Below are positions 46,159 through 52,932 of a stretch of 52,932 bases of DNA, in pieces (positions within the stretch are counted from its first letter, which is position 1; each line of letters opens with the position of its first letter). The position numbers and the translations under genes were made by a program. Origin of the DNA: a virus (lineage: Duplodnaviria; Caudoviricetes); the IMG/VR virus record IMGVR_UViG_3300020578_004316, positions 1 to 52,932 of that record; one strand, 5' to 3'. The notes beneath the pieces are model-generated. The model had not been told where the DNA came from. It ran no database searches and saw nothing but the letters and a program-made list of their open reading frames with translations.

Positions 46159-47244
46159 ATGGCTAAAGGAAGAAAATCGCTTACTGAAGCGGCGGGTAAT
46201 GAACTAAAATCCGCGTTCAATTTAGATAAATTTAAGGCGAATAAAGGTTTAGCATCAAATGTTAAATTTAAAGAGCAAAGATGGATTCCATTTTCACCTG
46301 CTCTTCAAGAAGCATTGTCTATCCCTGGTATTCCTATGGGACATAATTCAATGGTTCGAGGTAAAAGTAACACAGGTAAATCAACTATGACTATTGAAGT
46401 AGCAGTTAATGCTCAAAAGATGGGAATATTACCTGTGTTGATTATTACCGAAATGAAACACGATTGGAACCACTGGAAAACAATGGGTTTTGAAATCGAA
46501 GATGTAGTTGATATAGAAACTGGTGAGATTATTGATCAAACAGGTTTCTTTATTTACCGAGATAGAAGTTCATTAAATTCAATTGAAGATATTGCTGAGT
46601 TTATTATCGACTTACTAGCCGAACAGAAAAAAGGTAATCTACCATATGATTTACTATTCCTTTGGGATTCAGTTGGTTCAATTCCATGTCAAATGTCAAT
46701 TGAACAAGGTAAAAATAATCCAATGTGGAACGCAGGAGCTATTGCAACTCAATTCGGTAATTTTATTAATCAACAGATTGTAATGTCTCGCAAAGAAAGC
46801 TCAAAATACACAAATACTTTATTTGTTGTAAATAAAGTAGGCGTTGCTCCGGCTTTAACTCCTATGTCACAACCTAGGATGACAAATAAAGGTGGAGATA
46901 CATTTTACTATGACGTGTCATTGTGTTTAACCTTTGGAAATGTTACAAATGCTGGTACTTCTAAACTTAACGCTGTTAAAGACAAGAAAAAAGTTGAATT
47001 TGCATTACGTACAAAAATTGCTTGTGATAAAAACCATATTAATGGAATTACTACAATGGGTACTATTGTTTCAACAGTACATGGATTCATTAAAGATGAT
47101 CCAAACGCAATTAAAAAGTACAAAGATGCTCACGTTCACGAATGGGCAGATATTTTAGGAAAAGGTAATTATACAGTACAGGAAGACAATAGTGAGTGGG
47201 ACGAAAAAGCACCTACACCTGATTTATTTGAAAACGAAGATTAA
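46159..47244 (+). CDS. uvsX: RecA/UvsX-like recombinase
   Basis: GIPMG, Walker A GKSNTGKST, Walker B FLWDSVGS, KGG. Confidence 0.85.
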   Translation: MAKGRKSLTEAAGNELKSAFNLDKFKANKGLASNVKFKEQRWIPFSPALQEALSIPGIPMGHNSMVRGKSNTGKSTMTIEVAVNAQKMGILPVLIITEMKHDWNHWKTMGFEIEDVVDIETGEIIDQTGFFIYRDRSSLNSIEDIAEFIIDLLAEQKKGNLPYDLLFLWDSVGSIPCQMSIEQGKNNPMWNAGAIATQFGNFINQQIVMSRKESSKYTNTLFVVNKVGVAPALTPMSQPRMTNKGGDTFYYDVSLCLTFGNVTNAGTSKLNAVKDKKKVEFALRTKIACDKNHINGITTMGTIVSTVHGFIKDDPNAIKKYKDAHVHEWADILGKGNYTVQEDNSEWDEKAPTPDLFENED

Positions 47245-47245
47245 T

Positions 47246-48277
47246 ATGAAAAAAAACCTCTTAAACCTCTTAGATAACATACAAGAACACGGGGAAGAAA
47301 CCCCACAATCGGAGCGCTACCTGCTTATAGATGGACTCAATCTCTTCTTTCGAAATTTTAGTGCAATTAATGCAGTCAATTCAAACGGAGTCCATATAGG
47401 GGGTTTAGGAGGATTTTTTCGTTCTTTGGGGGCTTTAATTCGCACCATTCAACCAACCCAAGTTTATGTTGTGTTTGATGGTGCGGGTTCCTCCAATAAT
47501 AGAAAAAATATTATACCGGAATATAAATCTGCAAGAAATATAACTCGAGTAACAAAACATGAATTGTTTGATAGTTTGGAAGAAGAAGACGACTCTAAAG
47601 TAGATCAAATTGTTCGAATCATTCAATATTTAAAAACACTACCTGTTAAAACAATATCTTTACCTCGAGTAGAAGCAGATGATATTATTGCATATTTAAG
47701 TGATACATTGCCTACAAAACCTAAAGATAGAGTATTCATAGTATCCAGTGACAAAGACTATTTACAGTTGGTAACCGAAAAAGTAATCGTTTATCGCCCA
47801 ATTGAAAAAGAATATTACACTACAGATACTGTAAAAGAAAAATTTAATATTCCTCCCCACAATTTTTTATTATACAAATTGTTGATAGGTGATAATTCCG
47901 ATGGAATTATAGGTATTAAGGGATTAGGACCTAAAGGTTTATTTAAAAAATTCCCTGAATTAGCTGAACGTGATTTATCGTTTGATGATCTGCTAGATAT
48001 AGCGGAAGCTAAATTAAAAGAACATATTGTGTATGCAAGAGTGTTACATGATGTTCCCCTATTAGAAGACAAATACAAAGTCATGGATTTATCTAATCCT
48101 ATGATGAGCGATACAGATAAAATGTTTATAGATAAGTTTGTTGAAACAACCCACTTAAACTTTTTACCTCACACATTTGTTGAAATGTGCAACGAAGACC
48201 AAATTGGAAACTTAATTCGAAATACTGAATTCTGGGTTCAAGATGTTTTCAAAGATTTGTTGGTTACCCGACAATAA
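47246..48277 (+). CDS. rnh: 5'-3' exonuclease / RNase H (T4 rnh, Pol I N-terminal-like)
   Basis: LLIDG.N, VVFDG, YK..R, EADD, SSDKDYLQL, GDNSDGI.GIKGLG; start moved to ATG 47246. Confidence 0.9.
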   Translation: MKKNLLNLLDNIQEHGEETPQSERYLLIDGLNLFFRNFSAINAVNSNGVHIGGLGGFFRSLGALIRTIQPTQVYVVFDGAGSSNNRKNIIPEYKSARNITRVTKHELFDSLEEEDDSKVDQIVRIIQYLKTLPVKTISLPRVEADDIIAYLSDTLPTKPKDRVFIVSSDKDYLQLVTEKVIVYRPIEKEYYTTDTVKEKFNIPPHNFLLYKLLIGDNSDGIIGIKGLGPKGLFKKFPELAERDLSFDDLLDIAEAKLKEHIVYARVLHDVPLLEDKYKVMDLSNPMMSDTDKMFIDKFVETTHLNFLPHTFVEMCNEDQIGNLIRNTEFWVQDVFKDLLVTRQ

Positions 48278-48307
48278 GTTATTAAATTTAAATAAAAGTT
48301 ATAATAT

Positions 48308-49660
48308 ATGACACTTCATTCAATAGATGAATACGGACCCACGTTTCAAATGAAAGTAATATCTTCATTATTAACGCATAAAGAATTTTTACAAAACATC
48401 AATGATGTACTGAGCGATGAATATTTTTCAAACCCAGCACATAAATGGGTTATAAATGAAATCTTAAAGTACTACGAAAAGTACCACACAACCATTTCAA
48501 TGGATATTTTAAAAGTTGAAATGAAAAAGTTAGACAATGAAGTACTTAAAGTATCTGTTAAAGAACAGTTACGAGAAGCATATAGAGCAGACATTGAAGA
48601 TTTACAGTATGTACAAGAAGAATTTTCTACATTTTGTAAAAACCAACAGTTAAAAAAAGCTCTATTAAATAGTGTTGATTTGTTAAAAGCAGGCGATTAC
48701 GATTCTATCAAATACATGATTGAATCAGCAATGAAAGCAGGTGCTGATAAAAACATTGGACACGAATATAAAAAAGATACCGAATCACGTTACCGTGAAG
48801 ACCATAGAACAATAGTACCTACTCCTTGGCCTGAAATTAATGAACTAGTTCAAGGTGGTTTAGGTAATGGAGATTTAGGTTTAATTTTTGGTAATCCTGG
48901 AGGAGGTAAATCTTGGACATTAGTTGCTCTAGGTGGTTATGCTGTAAAAATAGGATACAATGTTATCCACTATACTTTAGAATTAAGTGAAGCATATACT
49001 GGAAGACGATATGACGCTTTCTTTACTGGTGTACCTGTTGACCAATTAGAAAAACATAAAGATGCTGTAGAAAATTCAACAGCTGATTTACCAGGTGAAT
49101 TAATTATTCGTGAATTTCCTATGGGAAAAACAACAATTTCTACAATAGAAGCGCACATAAACAAGGTAAAAGATTTAGGAATCACCCCAGACCTTATCAT
49201 AATAGATTACATTGACCTTCTTTCTTCAAAACGAAAAAGGAGTGATCGTAAAGAAGAAATTGATGATATTTATACAAGTACTAAAGGATTAGCTCGCGAA
49301 TTAAACATACCAATTTGGTCAGTTTCGCAAGTAAATCGCGCAGGAGCCAAGGATGATGTTATTGAGGGCGATAAAGCCGCGGGAAGTTATGACAAAATGA
49401 TGATAACTGACCTTTCAATATCGTTATCAAGAAAGAAAGAAGATAAAGTTAACGGAACAGGAAGACTTCATATTATGAAAAACAGATATGGGATGGATGG
49501 ACTTACCTTCCAAGTTGAAGTTGACACTTCAACCGGTAGAATTAAAGTAGGAAACCACTATGACGAAGAAACTGATGCTCCAAAGAAATTATCAAATGAA
49601 GAATATGAAGATCTTGACAGAAAAATGCTAGCAAGTAAATTTTTTGAACTAAATACATGA
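48308..49660 (+). CDS. Replicative helicase (gp41/DnaB family)
   Basis: GNPGGGKS, YTLELSE, IIIDYID, SQVNR, KNRYG. Confidence 0.92.
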   Translation: MTLHSIDEYGPTFQMKVISSLLTHKEFLQNINDVLSDEYFSNPAHKWVINEILKYYEKYHTTISMDILKVEMKKLDNEVLKVSVKEQLREAYRADIEDLQYVQEEFSTFCKNQQLKKALLNSVDLLKAGDYDSIKYMIESAMKAGADKNIGHEYKKDTESRYREDHRTIVPTPWPEINELVQGGLGNGDLGLIFGNPGGGKSWTLVALGGYAVKIGYNVIHYTLELSEAYTGRRYDAFFTGVPVDQLEKHKDAVENSTADLPGELIIREFPMGKTTISTIEAHINKVKDLGITPDLIIIDYIDLLSSKRKRSDRKEEIDDIYTSTKGLARELNIPIWSVSQVNRAGAKDDVIEGDKAAGSYDKMMITDLSISLSRKKEDKVNGTGRLHIMKNRYGMDGLTFQVEVDTSTGRIKVGNHYDEETDAPKKLSNEEYEDLDRKMLASKFFELNT

Positions 49661-50607
49661 TAACTGAACCACGCAATTTTTACAAACCTTTTGAGTATCA
49701 AACCGCATTTAATTTTTATAAAGACCAACATAGAGCACATTGGCTAGCAGATGAAGTACCACTAGCTTCAGATTTAAATGATTGGAAACTTAAATTAAAC
49801 GATTCTGAACGAAATTTAATTGGAAATATTTTAAAGTCATTTGCCCAAACAGAAGTACACGTAAACGACTATTGGTCAACAAAAGTATCTATATGGTTTC
49901 CAAAACCTGAAGTACAAGCAATGGCTCGTGTATTTGCTGACTTTGAAAGTATCCATGCTGAAGCATATGCTCGTTTAAATGAAGAACTTGGTTTAGATAA
50001 TTTTGCAGCGTTTTTAGAAGACGAAGAAGCTAAAGCAAAAATTGATCGTTTAGTTGAAACACCTGGAGAAACATTACATGAAAAAGCACTTTCATTAGCT
50101 ATATTCTCTGCATTTACTGAAGGTGTAAATTTATTTTCTTCATTTGCTGTTTTGATGTCATTTCAATTGCGTAACCTAATGAAAGGTACAGGCCAAATTG
50201 TAGAATGGAGCGTACGTGATGAATCATTACATTCAAAAGCAGGATGCTGGTTATTTAGAACACTAGTAAGCGAAAACCCAGATCTAGATGACCATAAATT
50301 AATGGGTGAAATTTACAAAGCATGTGAAGTTTCAGTTAACCTAGAATTTGACTTTATAGACAAAGCATTTGAAATGGGTGATATTGAAGGTTTATCAAAA
50401 GAGCAATTAAAAAACTTTATCAAAGCACGTGCAAACGAAAAATTAAACGAATTAGGTTATAGTTCACTTTACAACGATGTAGATCCTAATTTACTGAGAC
50501 AGATGGAATGGTTTAACCATTTAACAAGCGGAAAAACACATCAAGATTTCTTTGCAAACCGAGTAACAGATTATTCAAAATCAACCGCTGATTGGAGCGA
50601 TTTATAA
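49657..50607 (+). CDS. nrdB: Ribonucleotide reductase class Ia beta subunit
   Basis: ESIHAEAY, EG....SSF, RDESLH, DFF....TDY. Confidence 0.95.
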   Translation: MITEPRNFYKPFEYQTAFNFYKDQHRAHWLADEVPLASDLNDWKLKLNDSERNLIGNILKSFAQTEVHVNDYWSTKVSIWFPKPEVQAMARVFADFESIHAEAYARLNEELGLDNFAAFLEDEEAKAKIDRLVETPGETLHEKALSLAIFSAFTEGVNLFSSFAVLMSFQLRNLMKGTGQIVEWSVRDESLHSKAGCWLFRTLVSENPDLDDHKLMGEIYKACEVSVNLEFDFIDKAFEMGDIEGLSKEQLKNFIKARANEKLNELGYSSLYNDVDPNLLRQMEWFNHLTSGKTHQDFFANRVTDYSKSTADWSDL

Positions 50608-50613
50608 AAAATT

Positions 50614-51069
50614 ATGATAAAATTAACAAACTTATTAAAGGAAATAATTGATATATATTCTCCTGAAGAATTAAATTCTAAAGATATTGAATATGATATT
50701 GAAAAAGAAGCCCCAACTCGTTTTAGAGCCAATTTAAAATATAAAGATCAATATTATACTTTAACAATTCTCCCTTTATTTAATTCTAAAAGACCATCTA
50801 TAAATTTTGGAAGTACTGATGAAAATTATGAAAATTTAAATTTAAACCAATTATTAAATTCTCCATATTCATCTCGAATATTAGCTGCAATTTTTGGTCT
50901 AATAAGATATTGGGTAGATAAACATAATATTCAACAATTTGAATATGGGGCAGAAGGTAAAACAAGAAACCAACTCTATAACTACTACTTAACTAAACAC
51001 TTTCCAGATTTTCAAAATACTCAAGAAAAAATTGGAGATGCAACTTTACAAGTATGGAAGAAAATATAA
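50614..51069 (+). CDS. Hypothetical protein, putative capsid-internal
   Basis: MIKLTNLLKE leader; inserted between nrdB and nrdA. Confidence 0.55.
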   Translation: MIKLTNLLKEIIDIYSPEELNSKDIEYDIEKEAPTRFRANLKYKDQYYTLTILPLFNSKRPSINFGSTDENYENLNLNQLLNSPYSSRILAAIFGLIRYWVDKHNIQQFEYGAEGKTRNQLYNYYLTKHFPDFQNTQEKIGDATLQVWKKI

Positions 51070-51194
51070 TATATAAAATAGAAATCATCCAACTTATTGA
51101 ATCTAAATATAATATTGAAATAAAAGATGAAGAAGTTGAAAATATATTAACTTTAGAAAATCTAATTGAATTAATAAAAAGTAAAACAAAATAA
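51054..51194 (+). CDS. Small acidic protein (46 aa) resembling the C-terminal half of acyl carrier protein, not in ORF track
   Basis: Hand translation MEENIIYKIEIIQLIESKYNIEIKDEEVENILTLENLIELIKSKTK; stop abuts the nrdA ATG. Confidence 0.6.
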   Translation: MEENIIYKIEIIQLIESKYNIEIKDEEVENILTLENLIELIKSKTK

Positions 51195-52919
51195 ATGAGC
51201 ACACAAGTAGATACAACAGATTGGACAAAAGGTAAAAATTATCCTACATGGATGAATGAGATTTCATTATCAATGATTTCTAAAGGTTATTTATTGCCTG
51301 ATGAAGATGTTTTTGATGCATTTAAACGTGTTTCTAAAGCAGCAGCACGTCGTTTAAAACGTAAAGATTTATACCCATTCTTTTTAGAAGCAATAGTAAA
51401 AAATTGGTTATGTTTAGCTTCACCTGTACTTTCAAATTTAGGTACAGAACGTGGAATGCCTATTTCATGTTTTGGAATTGATACAGATGATTCTATTGAA
51501 GGAATTGCTCTAGCTAATTCAGAATTAATGCGTTTATCATCTCAAGGTGGAGGTGTAGGAATTGGTGTATCCCGTATTAGAGGGCGTGGTAAACAAATTA
51601 AAGACAATGGTGTATCTGAAGGTGTAGTTCCTTGGATTAAAATATATGATTCAACTATTTTAGCAACCAATCAAGGTTCAGTTAGACGTGGAGCAGCTTC
51701 AGCTAACTTACACATCAACCACCCAGATATTGAAGAATTTTTAATGATTCGTCGACCAAAAGGAGATGTAAACCGTCAATGTTTAAACATGCATCAATGT
51801 GTTGTAATTGATGATGAATTCATGAACAAAGTAGAGGAACGTGACCCAAAAGCATTAAAATTATGGGGTGAAATATTAAAAACACGTCTAGAAACAGGTG
51901 AACCTTACATTATGTTTGAGGACAATGTTAATAATGCAAATCCTGAAGCATATAAAAAGAATAATTTACATGTTTCTATGACAAACATCTGTTCTGAAAT
52001 TTCATTATACACAGATGAATTACATTCATTTATTTGTTGTTTATCTTCTCTTAATTTAGCAAGATGGGATGAATGGAATGAGTATAAATTTGAAAATGGA
52101 ATGACTTTACCTGAATTAACTTGTTGGTTTTTAGAAGGTGTATTACAAGAATTTATTGATCGTTCAAAAAACATCCGTTTCATGGAAAACACATACCGCT
52201 CAGCATCTAAAGGTAGAGCAATTGGTATTGGTGTTTTAGGATGGCATACATTTTTACAAGAAAAAGGAATACCGTTTGCGGGATTGCAAGCAAATTCTTA
52301 TACAAGAGTTATGTTTGAATTCATTGAAAAAGAAGCACTAAAGGCTTCCCGCGCCCAAGCTGAACTATATGGAGAACCTGAATGGTGTAAAGGTACCGGA
52401 CTGCGCCATACCCATCATTTAGCAATTGCCCCAACAGTTTCTAATGCCCATATTTCAGGTGGTGTTTCACCTTCAATTGAACCAATCCCAGCAAACGTAT
52501 TTAACTTAAAAACAGCAAAAGGTACCTTTATTAAAAAGAACCCAACATTAGAAAAATTACTTGAATCTAAAGGATACAATATTGACAGTGTTTGGGATCA
52601 AATTGCAAAAGATAAAGGTTCAGTAATGGGGTTACCTGATTACATTTTGACGGATGAAGAAAAAGAAGTTTTTTTGACATTCAAGGAAATTAACCCATAT
52701 GAAATTGTTCGTCAAAATGGTATTAGACAAAAATATGTTGACCAAGCTATTTCATTAAACTTAACATTTGATCCTTCTGATTCACCAAAATATATTAGTG
52801 ATGTACATAAATTAGCTTGGAAAGAAGGTATTAAAACACTTTATTATATGCGATCTGAATCGATTTTGCGCGGGGATGCAATTCAACGAGACGACAATTG
52901 CGTAGCTTGTGAAGGTTAA
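51195..52919 (+). CDS. nrdA: Ribonucleotide reductase class Ia alpha subunit (short, no ATP cone evident)
   Basis: SPVLSN, ISCF, GGGVG, NQG..RRG, TNICSEI, APT, DQAISLN, KTLYY, C-terminal CVACEG. Confidence 0.96.
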   Translation: MSTQVDTTDWTKGKNYPTWMNEISLSMISKGYLLPDEDVFDAFKRVSKAAARRLKRKDLYPFFLEAIVKNWLCLASPVLSNLGTERGMPISCFGIDTDDSIEGIALANSELMRLSSQGGGVGIGVSRIRGRGKQIKDNGVSEGVVPWIKIYDSTILATNQGSVRRGAASANLHINHPDIEEFLMIRRPKGDVNRQCLNMHQCVVIDDEFMNKVEERDPKALKLWGEILKTRLETGEPYIMFEDNVNNANPEAYKKNNLHVSMTNICSEISLYTDELHSFICCLSSLNLARWDEWNEYKFENGMTLPELTCWFLEGVLQEFIDRSKNIRFMENTYRSASKGRAIGIGVLGWHTFLQEKGIPFAGLQANSYTRVMFEFIEKEALKASRAQAELYGEPEWCKGTGLRHTHHLAIAPTVSNAHISGGVSPSIEPIPANVFNLKTAKGTFIKKNPTLEKLLESKGYNIDSVWDQIAKDKGSVMGLPDYILTDEEKEVFLTFKEINPYEIVRQNGIRQKYVDQAISLNLTFDPSDSPKYISDVHKLAWKEGIKTLYYMRSESILRGDAIQRDDNCVACEG

Positions 52920-52932
52920 CAATATGTATAAT

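Noticed and set aside
6818-47158. Short alternative-frame + strand ORFs (6818, 14071, 43681, 46934)
   Set aside because: They are nested within conserved genes and lack motifs; likely chance ORFs.
47192-47245. GTG start at 47192 for the exonuclease
   Set aside because: It overlaps the uvsX 3' end; ATG 47246 directly after the stop is more plausible.
1144-52192. All minus-strand ORFs in the track (e.g. 13685..14128, 15583..15975, 11344..11688, 18208..18558)
   Set aside because: They are antisense shadows of well-supported + strand genes, with no recognisable motifs or expression signals.
4697-52919. Inteins, introns or homing endonucleases in terL, helicase, nrdA and nrdB
   Set aside because: The ORFs are continuous and of compact length, with no intein termini or HNH/GIY-YIG/LAGLIDADG motifs seen.
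1-52932. Alternative genetic code (stop codon reassignment)
   Set aside because: Core genes are full-length under the standard code, and TAA, TAG and TGA all end genes at sensible positions.

Overview
This is an AT-rich, densely coded window of a large T4-superfamily myophage genome (distant 'Far-T4'/RM378-like architecture), and all credible genes lie on the + strand. Gene order: accessory and repair genes; head module (large terminase, portal, prohead protease, scaffold, major capsid); phoH; three paralogous fibre genes; neck; two tandem tail sheaths; tail tube; tape measure; baseplate with a GH19 lysin domain; replication module (a short family-A polymerase, gp32, UvsX, RNase H-type exonuclease, gp41 helicase, nrdB, nrdA). 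A Bacteroidota host is inferred from three sequence features: A-rich starts without Shine-Dalgarno sites, TTTG-N20-TAnnTTwA promoters, and a T9SS type-B substrate. The main observations are: (1) a phage-encoded SprB-like T9SS cargo protein under its own host-type promoter; (2) an apparent capsid-cargo addressing system, seen as the scaffold C-terminal motif copied onto another protein's N-terminus, shared KxxIREE leaders, and a linker-repeat polyprotein; (3) a PolA that keeps its catalytic palm but lacks the thumb; (4) an 87-bp terminator-plus-promoter direct repeat bracketing one gene; (5) a candidate frameshift at the gp26/gp51-like junction; (6) two small ORFs missed by the track, one resembling a truncated acyl carrier protein. 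All assignments come from reading motifs by eye; no database searches were run.
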